From an uncultured Candidatus Rokubacteria bacterium (GTDB lineage: Bacteria; Methylomirabilota; Methylomirabilia; Rokubacteriales; DASRDR01), in NCBI GenBank assembly GCA_963826115.1, contig CAWGVS010000005.1, positions 960,001-1,024,000 on the forward strand: 64,000 nt of DNA. The letters run 5' to 3'. Positions 30,141-38,213 of the stretch are shown here, one piece after another (position 1 is the stretch's first letter; each line of letters starts with the position of its first letter). Both the position numbers and the translations under genes were made by a program. Under the pieces are notes generated by a model. That model searched no databases, was not told the origin of the DNA, and saw only the letters and a list, made by a program, of their open reading frames with translations.

Positions 30141-31142
30141 CTACTTGAGGAGACCTCCCTTGCCCATGAGGTCCTTGTGCAGGGCCTCCGCGCCTTCCAG
30201 CCACTTCACCAGCTCCGGCCCGGTCTGCCACGCGGGGTTGAGCGCGCCCTGCGCCAGGTACTCCTTGAACTCCGGGGTCCCGTAGACCTTCTGCAGCATG
30301 CCCTGGTAGAACGCGACGGCGTCCGCCGGCATGCTGGGCGCTCCGAAGATCCCCCGGAGCATGAGGTAGCTGATGTCCGCGCCGAGCGCTTCCTTGATCG
30401 TCGGGATGTCACCCCAGCCGGGCGCGGCCAGGCGCTTGGTGTCGAAGACGGCGAGCGGGCGCACGCGTCCGGCCTTGAGGTGGCCGGCGCACTCGATCGG
30501 GTTGTTCACGGTCGAGTCCACGTGGTTGCCCACGAGGTTCACGCACACCTCGCCTCCGCCCTTGAAGGGCACGTAGATGAACTTCACGCCGAGCGCCTGC
30601 TCGAGCAGGATCGTGATGATCTGGTCTTCCTGGGCGGCCCCGGTCCCGCCCATCTTCATCCTGCCGTCGCCGCCCGAGACCTCCTTGGCCGCCGCGATGT
30701 AGTCCTTGGCGATCTTGAAGTCCTTCTTGTCGGGCCGATCCGTGTTGACCCACAGGATGAACTCGTCGAGCGCGAGCCGCGCGACGGGCGTCAGATCCTT
30801 CCAGTTGAAGGGCACGCCGGTGTGGAGCGGCGTCGTGAAGAGGTTCGACAGCGTGATGATGATCGTGTGGGCGTCGCCCGACTTCGCCTTGACGTACGTG
30901 AAGCCCTCGGCGCCCGCGCCGCCGGCCTTGTTCACGACGACCAGGGGCCGGGGCGACAGCTTGTACTTGTCCACCAGGGGCGCGATCAGGCGCGCCATCT
31001 GGTCCGCGCCGCCACCCGTCCCCGCGGGGACGATGAACTCGACCGGCTTGGTCGGCTCCCACGCCTCCGCGGGCGCGACGCCACCCCCGACCAGAGCGAG
31101 TCCTAGGAGAGCCGCGGCGGCTGCCATCAGTCGCTGAACCAT
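30141..31142 (-). CDS. tctC: Tripartite tricarboxylate transporter substrate-binding protein TctC/Bug
   Basis: Signal peptide, WEPTKPVEFIVPAGTGGGAD, NKAGGAG, VPFKGGG. Confidence 0.93.
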   Translation of the reverse strand: MVQRLMAAAAALLGLALVGGGVAPAEAWEPTKPVEFIVPAGTGGGADQMARLIAPLVDKYKLSPRPLVVVNKAGGAGAEGFTYVKAKSGDAHTIIITLSNLFTTPLHTGVPFNWKDLTPVARLALDEFILWVNTDRPDKKDFKIAKDYIAAAKEVSGGDGRMKMGGTGAAQEDQIITILLEQALGVKFIYVPFKGGGEVCVNLVGNHVDSTVNNPIECAGHLKAGRVRPLAVFDTKRLAAPGWGDIPTIKEALGADISYLMLRGIFGAPSMPADAVAFYQGMLQKVYGTPEFKEYLAQGALNPAWQTGPELVKWLEGAEALHKDLMGKGGLLK

Positions 31143-31184
31143 GGAGCCTCCTTCGTTCGAGCGTTGGGACGCTTGGCCGGGCCC

Positions 31185-31224
31185 GGAACAACGAAAGGGG
31201 CCGCCAGCAGCCTGGCAGCCCCTT
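31185..31224 (-). terminator. Intrinsic terminator-like hairpin after the oxidoreductase genes
   Basis: Minus strand AAGGGGCTGCCAG-GCTG-CTGGCGGCCCCTT followed by TCGTTGTT. Confidence 0.5.
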
Positions 31225-31276
31225 CCGTCGCTACGACGACCGCAGTGTCATCGTCTCGATGTCGCGCGGTGCCGGT

Positions 31277-32302
31277 TCAGGTCGGCATGGGGATCTCCGC
31301 GGGCGCCTTGCGGAACGACACCACGCCCGGGATGTCCCAGTTCTCCCACATCTCGTCGACCTTGGCCTGGAAGTACGCGAGGTCCTCCTCGTTGAAGTGC
31401 GCGAAGCGGCCCTGCTTGAGGAGGTACTCGCGGACGGGCTTCCGCTTCCGGCCCTCCACGATGGCCTTGGTCTTGCCGTAGTACTTCACGACGCCGTCCT
31501 CGACCTCGTAGAGGGGGAAGATCCCGGTCTCGACCGCCAGCTCTCCGAGCTCGTGGGAGAGCATCGGGTCGTAGTCCCAGCCCTTCGGGCACGGGTCGAG
31601 GGAGTGGATGAAGGTTGGCCCACCGATGCTCAGCGCCCGGCGGACCTTGTTCATCATCTCCACGGCGTAGGATGCGCAGACCGTGGCCACGTAGCGGCAC
31701 TCCGGATGCCCGGCGGCCAGCATCCCCGCCATGTTCTTCTTCCAGCGCGTGTGGATGATCCGCTTGACGGCGCCGGGAGGGCTGAACGTCGTGTGGGCGC
31801 CGTACGGCGTCATCCCCGACAACTGGATGTCGGTGTTGGCGTAGGACTCGTTGTCGTAGAGCAGGATCAAGGAGTTGTACTCCTTGTGGGTCAGGGTGGC
31901 CGAGATGGCCCCGAGCCCCATGTCGGCTCCGCCGCCGTCTCCGCAGAACGCGATGACGTTGATGGGCTCGGCCTTCATCTTGCCCTTCTTCATGAGCGCC
32001 TTGAGGCCCGCCGCGGTGCCGAGCGCCGCCGACCCCGACGAGCCGAGCTGCGTGTGCATCCACGGCACCACCCACGGGGTGGTGTAGTACGTCGTGTTCG
32101 CGACGTACATGCATCCGGTGGAGCCCAGCACGATGGTGCGAGGCCCCGAGGCCTTCACCATCAGCTTCATCACCAGGGCCGATTCGCAGCCCTGGCAGGT
32201 CCGGTGACCCGAGGTGAAGTACTCCTCGATGGCGACCTTCTTGACGCCCTTGAAGGGCAGGAGGACCTGCGTGTCGTTGGTGAACGTCGTGGCGTCAGCC
32301 AT
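31277..32302 (-). CDS. oorB: 2-oxoacid:ferredoxin oxidoreductase beta subunit, oxalate-oxidoreductase-like
   Basis: GHRTCQGC, STGC, TPP-binding GDGG..DNESYANT, PCPKGW. Confidence 0.8.
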   Translation of the reverse strand: MADATTFTNDTQVLLPFKGVKKVAIEEYFTSGHRTCQGCESALVMKLMVKASGPRTIVLGSTGCMYVANTTYYTTPWVVPWMHTQLGSSGSAALGTAAGLKALMKKGKMKAEPINVIAFCGDGGGADMGLGAISATLTHKEYNSLILLYDNESYANTDIQLSGMTPYGAHTTFSPPGAVKRIIHTRWKKNMAGMLAAGHPECRYVATVCASYAVEMMNKVRRALSIGGPTFIHSLDPCPKGWDYDPMLSHELGELAVETGIFPLYEVEDGVVKYYGKTKAIVEGRKRKPVREYLLKQGRFAHFNEEDLAYFQAKVDEMWENWDIPGVVSFRKAPAEIPMPT

Positions 32303-32316
32303 GGTCTCCCTCTCCC

Positions 32317-33552
32317 CTACTCGCGAACGCCCAGCCAGTAGGTCGCCCGCTCCGCGCGGCCCTTGCCGGCCGCAGCGTAGCAGATGTCCACCGCCTTGTT
32401 CACGTCTTCGAGCGTGACCTCGCGCCCGCCCAGCCCGCAGATGAACCCGATCAGCGGCGGCCGGTGCTCCGCGTTGTAGAGCGCGGCGCGCACCTCGTTC
32501 GCGACGACGCCCGAGCCGAAAGGCGACCCGAACGAGTAGTCGCGGTCGATCACCCCGATTGCCTTCGCGGGCCCGAGCGCCCGCGCCAGTTGCTCGTACG
32601 GGAACGGCCGGAACCAGCGGAGACGGATGAGGCCGACCTTCTTCCCCTGCTTCCGCAGGCTGCGGATCGCGACCTTCACCGGCAGGGACAGCGTCCCCAT
32701 CCCCATGAGGATGATGTCGGCATCCTCGGTCATGTACTCCTCGAACCAGGGATTCTCGGGGCCCCGGCCGAAGACCCGGCGGAAGTCGGCGTACGCCTCC
32801 TCGATCACGCCGTAGGCGCGCTTGATCGCCTCGTCGTTCTGGCGCCGGATCTCGATGACCCAGTCCTCGTTGACCTGCGGGGCCACCGTGATCGGGTTGT
32901 CCGGGTGAAGCAGGAGGTCTCCCCGGTTGTACGGCGGGAGGAACTGCTTGACGCGCTCCTGGGTCGGGACCCGGGTGATGGTCTGGGAGTGGGTCAGGAA
33001 CGCCCCGTCGGCGGAAATCGCGATCGGCAGGAACACTCGCCGATCCTCCGCCACGCGGTAGGCGATGAGCGTCGTGTCGATCGCCTCCTGCGCGGTGTCG
33101 ATCCAGACGAGAAGCCACCCCAGGTCACGCACCGACAGCGCGTCGTTGTGCTCGACGCCGAACGCGCCGGGATCGTCCAGGGCCCGGTTTCCCACCAGCG
33201 CCACCATCGGCACGCGGAGCGCGGGCGTGACCGTGATCGCCTCCATGGCGTACATCCAGCCCACGCCGGAGGACCCGCAGAACACGCGCGCGCCCACGGT
33301 CGACGCGTGCTTCACGATCTCGAACTGGCTGTGCTCGCCCTCGGCCACGATGTACTCGGCCACGAGCTTGCCGTTGGCGATCTTCTTGGCGATCGCCTGC
33401 ATCACGGTGTCGTAGGGACGGATCGGATACGCCGTGACGACGTCGATGTCGGCCAGCGTCAGGCCTTCGGCGACGGCCTCGCTGCCCGAGATGAGCATCT
33501 CGGTTTCGTCGTGGACCGCCGCACCCCCGGCGGGCTTGGTCGCGACTGCCAT
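32317..33552 (-). CDS. oorA: 2-oxoacid:ferredoxin oxidoreductase alpha subunit, oxalate-oxidoreductase-like
   Basis: AYPIRPY (Arg in place of the PFOR YPITP Thr), EGEH, GSSGVG, NRALDDPG, FRPFP, GLGGR. Confidence 0.82.
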   Translation of the reverse strand: MAVATKPAGGAAVHDETEMLISGSEAVAEGLTLADIDVVTAYPIRPYDTVMQAIAKKIANGKLVAEYIVAEGEHSQFEIVKHASTVGARVFCGSSGVGWMYAMEAITVTPALRVPMVALVGNRALDDPGAFGVEHNDALSVRDLGWLLVWIDTAQEAIDTTLIAYRVAEDRRVFLPIAISADGAFLTHSQTITRVPTQERVKQFLPPYNRGDLLLHPDNPITVAPQVNEDWVIEIRRQNDEAIKRAYGVIEEAYADFRRVFGRGPENPWFEEYMTEDADIILMGMGTLSLPVKVAIRSLRKQGKKVGLIRLRWFRPFPYEQLARALGPAKAIGVIDRDYSFGSPFGSGVVANEVRAALYNAEHRPPLIGFICGLGGREVTLEDVNKAVDICYAAAGKGRAERATYWLGVRE

Positions 33553-33587
33553 GGACATCCTCCTCCGTCTGTTGGCGTTCGCCGGGG

Positions 33588-34865
33588 TCAGGCGCCCGGT
33601 GCTTCGGGCACGCCGGTCACGATCGACGCGGTGTCGTGCATGTGGCGCCGGGGCTCGACGCCCTTCGCCTTCGCGTTCTCACCGGGGATTCCCTCGATCA
33701 CCGGAGTGCCGCCCATCTCCAGCGGACCCTGGGACAGCTCCTCCTCGTACTGGCCGCGATACCGGAACCCGTGCGAGCGCACGGTGGTGACCTTGTCCTT
33801 GATCTTGTCGGCGGCCCAGACGCGGTACGAGTCCTTGTCCTGGCGCCACATCTCCCACTGGCTCTGGTTGTCGTCGAAGGCGGCCTCGTTCACCATCGTG
33901 ATGCAGTCCTTCACCGGGCACACCGCCTCGCACACTCCGCAGCCGCAGCACGCCTCCATGTTCGCGTCGTACAGCCCGTCCGGCGTCACGTCGAAGACGC
34001 TGTCCGGGCACTGGATCCAGCAGAGCGTGCACTTGACGCAGGTGTCGAAGTTCACGACCGGCCGCATCGTGCGCGTCGTGAACTTCTTGAAGTACGGGTT
34101 CCGCTCGGGCCGGTACCCCTTCCCGCCCTCGACCGGCTTGCCGACGGGGATCGCCGGGATCGTCAGGCCCTCCCGCATCTCCCACCACTTCGGCATCTCG
34201 AAGGAGAACGGCACCTCGTCGTTGCCCTCGGTGCTCTGGATCCGCCGGCCCTCGGCGCGCTCGTACGCTTTCCGCGCGGACTCGGCCTTCAGCTCCGAGC
34301 CCCACTCCGCCTCTCGGACGGCGGCGCAGACGGCATCGATGTCGAGGAACTCCGACGCGATCTTGGCCAGCGCCCCGAGGACCCGCGCCTCGGTGTGATC
34401 CTCCTTGAACACCCACAGCCCCGAGAACGACGCCTTCCCGGGCAGGATCCACAGGTGGTAGGGCGCGTCCTTCTTGTGGATGTCCCGCAGGAGCTCGCTC
34501 GGCGCTCGCGTCGACGTCACCATCAGGTGTCCACTCGGGAGCAGCAGGCGGTTGATCGGCTGGAGGCCGTACCACGCCCACGACTCCACGCCCTTGCAGA
34601 GCGTGTCGTCGACGCAGATGGTGACGTGGAGCTCCTTGGGCTCGTAGCGGGCCATGTGCTGCTCGAGCTCCTCCTTGGTGTCCGCCACGATCGCGAAGTC
34701 CTTGGCCGGGATGCCGTTCCGCTGCGGGCTGTCGCCGTAGCGCCCGAACGCGATGCCCCACCGCCCCGCCTTGCGGGAGGAGAGCACGATCCCGCGGGTG
34801 ATCCGCGCCGCCAGATTCTTCTGGAAGATGCCCCGGTAGACCACCTCGACGGTGAGATGCGCCAT
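33588..34865 (-). CDS. oorD: Fused gamma/ferredoxin (delta) subunit of the 2-oxoacid oxidoreductase
   Basis: RGIFQ..FGRYGDSPQRNGIP; two 4Fe-4S motifs CVKCTLCWIQCP and CCGCGVCEAVCP; GGAGG RBS. Confidence 0.8.
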   Translation of the reverse strand: MAHLTVEVVYRGIFQKNLAARITRGIVLSSRKAGRWGIAFGRYGDSPQRNGIPAKDFAIVADTKEELEQHMARYEPKELHVTICVDDTLCKGVESWAWYGLQPINRLLLPSGHLMVTSTRAPSELLRDIHKKDAPYHLWILPGKASFSGLWVFKEDHTEARVLGALAKIASEFLDIDAVCAAVREAEWGSELKAESARKAYERAEGRRIQSTEGNDEVPFSFEMPKWWEMREGLTIPAIPVGKPVEGGKGYRPERNPYFKKFTTRTMRPVVNFDTCVKCTLCWIQCPDSVFDVTPDGLYDANMEACCGCGVCEAVCPVKDCITMVNEAAFDDNQSQWEMWRQDKDSYRVWAADKIKDKVTTVRSHGFRYRGQYEEELSQGPLEMGGTPVIEGIPGENAKAKGVEPRRHMHDTASIVTGVPEAPGA

Positions 34866-34915
34866 GCACGGCCTCCTGCCGGCCCCGGGCAAGCCGGGGC
34901 GTGGTTGCGGTATGG

Positions 34916-34964
34916 TGGTCTGACCTCTCAACCGACGCTACCGGGTAAGCGCCACCCCTGTCAA
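34916..34964 (-). promoter_or_regulatory. Operon promoter and FadR-family operator
   Basis: TTGACA(34964-34959)-N18-TAGCGT(34940-34935); TGGTCTGACCT (34916-34926) is a 1-mismatch match to the TGGTCNGACCA FadR/PdhR/LldR-type palindrome. Confidence 0.65.
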
Positions 34965-35034
34965 CAGGCTTCGCCCGCCGACGGGACCCGGGAGTCCCGT
35001 GGCGGGCGCGCGGCTCCGCCGTCGGGCCGGCGGC

Positions 35035-35436
35035 CTAGCCCATCCCGCTCGCGCGCTCGGGCTGGATCTTGTAGATGACCCGCACCTCTCCGGCCCGGCG
35101 ATAGGGATAGCGGTCCTGGCCGAGGTACTTCTTGGCGAGGCTGTCGATGTGGGCGTCGCCCCCCTGCTCGGTGATCTCGACCACGCGGCCGAGGACGCCC
35201 AGGTAGCGGTAGGCGTTGGCCGGGTCGACGATCGACAGCGAGACGGCCGCGTTCCGCCGCATGTTGCGGTCCTTCACCCGCCCCTTCGCCGAGTTCACGC
35301 GGAAGAACTTCCCGTCGTAGTCGAACCAGACCGGAGTGACCTGGGGTCCCCCGTTCGGCATCACCGTTCCCAGGTGCGCCAGCACCTTCTGGTCGGTGGT
35401 CAGCAGGTCTCCGTACTTCTTCAGCGTGTCGTTCAT
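35035..35436 (-). CDS. PPOX-class (pyridoxamine 5'-phosphate oxidase-like, putative F420-dependent) oxidoreductase
   Basis: LGTVMPNGGPQVTPVW, KDRNMRRN, LAKKYLG. Confidence 0.88.
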   Translation of the reverse strand: MNDTLKKYGDLLTTDQKVLAHLGTVMPNGGPQVTPVWFDYDGKFFRVNSAKGRVKDRNMRRNAAVSLSIVDPANAYRYLGVLGRVVEITEQGGDAHIDSLAKKYLGQDRYPYRRAGEVRVIYKIQPERASGMG

Positions 35437-35469
35437 CTCGCTCCTCCCGATTCGGGCAGATTCGTCGCC

Positions 35470-36687
35470 TCAGGCCCCGGCCGCCCGGAGGGCCAGGTCC
35501 AGGGACGCCTTCAGGTCCTCCACCGCTTCGATCCCCACGGACAGTCGCACGAGCCCGGGACCGATGCCAAGCTTCGCGCGCTCGTCGTCGGACAGCGGTC
35601 GATGTGACGTCCTCGCCGGGTACGTCCAAGTCGTCGCGACGTCGCCGAAGCTCGGCGCGAACGCGATGAGCGGCTCGCCCTCCGGCGACCCCGCCTCGCG
35701 GGCCAGCACGCGGAACAGCCGCTCCACGGCCGCCGTGCCCCCGGCGAGCTCGAAGGACAGCATGCCACCGAAGCCGTCCGGGAGCAGCGTCCGGGCGAGC
35801 GCGTGCTGCGGATGTTGGGGCAAGCCCGGATAGTGGACGCGCGCCACCTCGGCGCGCCCGGCGAGGAACTCGGCCAGCGCGAGCGCGTTGGCCGAGTGAC
35901 GCTCCATGCGGAGCGCGAGCGTCCGCGCGCCGCGGAGCGTGAGCCAGGCGTCGAACGGCCCGAGGTTGAGACCGACCCGCACCGCCTGCGCCCGCGCGGC
36001 CTCGACGAGGGTCCGGGAGCCGACCAGCACTCCCGCCGTGACGTCGCCGTGGCCGGACAGGTACTTGGTCGCGCTGTGGTGCACCGCCGTGGCGCCGTGC
36101 TCGAGGGGGCGCAGGAGCGCGGGGGACGCGAACGTGCTGTCCACGAGGAGCGTCAGGTTCCGGTGGCGCGCGAGCGCCGCCAGCCGGGGCAGGTCCGCCA
36201 GACGCAGGAGCGGGTTGGACACCGCCTCGACCACGATGGCCCGCGTGGCCGCCGTCAGCGCCGCCTCCACCGAGGCCGGCTCCGTGGCGTCCGCGAAGGT
36301 CACGCCGATCCCCCACCGCGCCGCCTGCTCCCGGAGGAGCGCGGTGGTCGCGCCGTAGAGGTCCTGACCGGCGACGAGGTGGTCACCCGGCCGCAGGCCG
36401 CCGAGCAGGAACGCGCTCAGCGCGCCCATGCCCGACGCCACCACGAGCCCCGCCTCGCCCCCTTCGAGGGACGCGAGCGTGTTCTCGAGCATCGTGTGGT
36501 TCGGGGTCCCGAACCGGCCGTAGACGTACCCCGCTTCCCGCCCTTCCCAGACGGCGTCGACCTGCGCCATGTCGTCGAACACGTAGACGTTGGCCAGGTG
36601 GACGCTGGGGACCAGTGGCGTCGAGGCCGAACGGGGAGACGGCGCGGCCCGCGCGACCCGTGTCGCGAACCTGAGCGGCGCGCTCAC
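35470..36687 (-). CDS. Cys/Met metabolism PLP-dependent enzyme (cystathionine gamma-synthase / methionine gamma-lyase family)
   Basis: YVYGRFGTP, ASGMGA, LYGAT, DSTFASP, HSATKYLSGHGD, RLSVGIE. Confidence 0.92.
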   Translation of the reverse strand: MSAPLRFATRVARAAPSPRSASTPLVPSVHLANVYVFDDMAQVDAVWEGREAGYVYGRFGTPNHTMLENTLASLEGGEAGLVVASGMGALSAFLLGGLRPGDHLVAGQDLYGATTALLREQAARWGIGVTFADATEPASVEAALTAATRAIVVEAVSNPLLRLADLPRLAALARHRNLTLLVDSTFASPALLRPLEHGATAVHHSATKYLSGHGDVTAGVLVGSRTLVEAARAQAVRVGLNLGPFDAWLTLRGARTLALRMERHSANALALAEFLAGRAEVARVHYPGLPQHPQHALARTLLPDGFGGMLSFELAGGTAAVERLFRVLAREAGSPEGEPLIAFAPSFGDVATTWTYPARTSHRPLSDDERAKLGIGPGLVRLSVGIEAVEDLKASLDLALRAAGA

Positions 36688-37000
36688 CGGGGCTCCCGTA
36701 CGAACGCGGTGCCTGCGCTCCGTCCTTCGAGGGCAGTTCTTTCTGAGCGACGTTGCGCAACATTGCATTTAGATCGACACAACGGATACTTGGAACATGT
36801 CACCGGAGAGTCCTCCTCAGTGCGTGACGCTCATCGCGCGACACTGTGTGTTCTCGAGCGCTTCCAAGCGCCCGAGCGCTGAAAAACTTGGGCCCCTCCG
36901 GGCCCTGGCGTAAAGTGGGCGAGCTTTGGGGACCGGCCCTCCGCTGGGGGCCGCGGTCGCCGACGCGAGCGGTTCCTCGACGGACGGGATCAGAGGGTCG

Positions 37001-37708
37001 ATGAGCACGATCGCTGCGATTCTTTTCGACATGGACGGGGTCCTCATGGACTCCGAGCCCCTCCACCTCCGAGCCACCCAGTTCGCGCTCGGCGTCCGGG
37101 CCCAATCCTACACGGAGCGGGACAGCCAGGCCTTCTTCGGCTCGACCGACGGCGAGACGTTGCGGATCCTCCGGATCCTCTTCGACGTCGACGCGCCGAC
37201 CGACGAGCTGGTCCGCCGGAAGCGCGAGCGGCTGATCTCGCTCGTGAGGGCCGAGGGCCAGGGTCTCCCCGGCGTGCCCGAGATCCTGCTCCGCTTCCGG
37301 GCGGCCGGCGTCCGCCTGGGCCTCGTGTCCGCCTCCGCCCGGCCGGAGATCGAGGCTATCCTGGAGACCGTGGGCCTCAAGGGCGCGTTCGAGACCATCG
37401 TCTCCGGCGACGAGGTGGCGCGAGGGAAGCCGTCGCCCGACGGCTACCTGATGGCGGCCCGCCGCTTGGGGCTCGAGCCGGAGTGCTGCTTCGTGGTCGA
37501 GGACACCCGCAGCGGCGTCCTGGCCGGCAAGGCCGCCGGCATGACCGTCGCGGCGGTGCCGGGCCCAGTGAGCATCCAGGAGGACTTCTCCCCCGCCGAT
37601 CTCGTCCTGCCGAGTCTCGAGGCGCTCCCCAAGGTGCTGCCGCTGAACGGCAACGGGAACGGAAATGGGCACGATTCTGACGCATTCACACGGGAGCGAC
37701 CAGCATGA
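37001..37708 (+). CDS. HAD-superfamily phosphatase (beta-PGM/CbbY-like)
   Basis: FDMDGVLMDSE, KPSPDGY, VEDTRSG. Confidence 0.92.
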   Translation: MSTIAAILFDMDGVLMDSEPLHLRATQFALGVRAQSYTERDSQAFFGSTDGETLRILRILFDVDAPTDELVRRKRERLISLVRAEGQGLPGVPEILLRFRAAGVRLGLVSASARPEIEAILETVGLKGAFETIVSGDEVARGKPSPDGYLMAARRLGLEPECCFVVEDTRSGVLAGKAAGMTVAAVPGPVSIQEDFSPADLVLPSLEALPKVLPLNGNGNGNGHDSDAFTRERPA

Positions 37709-37751
37709 CCCACCTGAGCATTCGCGCCGCTCGACTCGCGAGGGCCGCCCG

Positions 37752-37940
37752 GTGAGCCTGGGCGAGCCGAACGTCAAGCGCGCGCTCGACTGGATACTCG
37801 ACCAGCTCACCGACGACCCGGACGCCAAGCGCGGCCCGCTCATCGACGAGGCGTCCCGCCAGTTCGACCTCACGCCGCTCGAGGCGGACTTCCTCTACCG
37901 GCAGCTGAACGACGTGCTGAAGCAGAAGAAGCCGGGCTAG
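37752..37940 (+). CDS. Small hypothetical helical protein (62 aa)
   Basis: GC3-rich codons; VKRALDWI..LIDEASRQFDLTPLEADFL. Confidence 0.7.
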   Translation: MSLGEPNVKRALDWILDQLTDDPDAKRGPLIDEASRQFDLTPLEADFLYRQLNDVLKQKKPG

Positions 37941-38005
37941 TCGCCCGCGTCGCGACCCCGCCGCCCGCCGAAGGCGCGGCGGGCCTTCACATCTCCGGTG
38001 GCCCG

Positions 38006-38200
38006 TTACGGGGCCCGGTAGCGCTCCTTGAGCTCGCGAGGCGCGATGGCGATACGCTTGCCGGAGACGTCGTCGAGGACGTAAACCTCGTCCGTCAGGG
38101 AGCCGCTCGCGAAGACCTCGAAGACTTCGAGGACGGTCTCGAGTGTCCCGCCCGGTCGTTCCGCCATCATCGCCTCCACGTCGGACACCGCGAGCCGCAT
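38006..38200 (-). CDS. Small hypothetical protein (64 aa)
   Basis: GAGGGG RBS, typical codon usage, last gene of a three-gene unit. Confidence 0.65.
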   Translation of the reverse strand: MRLAVSDVEAMMAERPGGTLETVLEVFEVFASGSLTDEVYVLDDVSGKRIAIAPRELKERYRAP

Positions 38201-38213
38201 CGATCGTCCCCTC

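Noticed and set aside
31277-33118. 613-aa extended beta subunit
   Set aside because: The real start is ATG 32302 with an SD; the extension overlaps the alpha gene out of frame.
36830-37000. Possible SAM riboswitch upstream of the Cys/Met lyase
   Set aside because: Only a GGAGGG..CCC fragment resembles it; core AUCnAGAG and GCAACC elements were not found in order.
37644-37670. NGNGNGNG repeat at the HAD C-terminus
   Set aside because: Short low-complexity tail with no supporting evidence of function.
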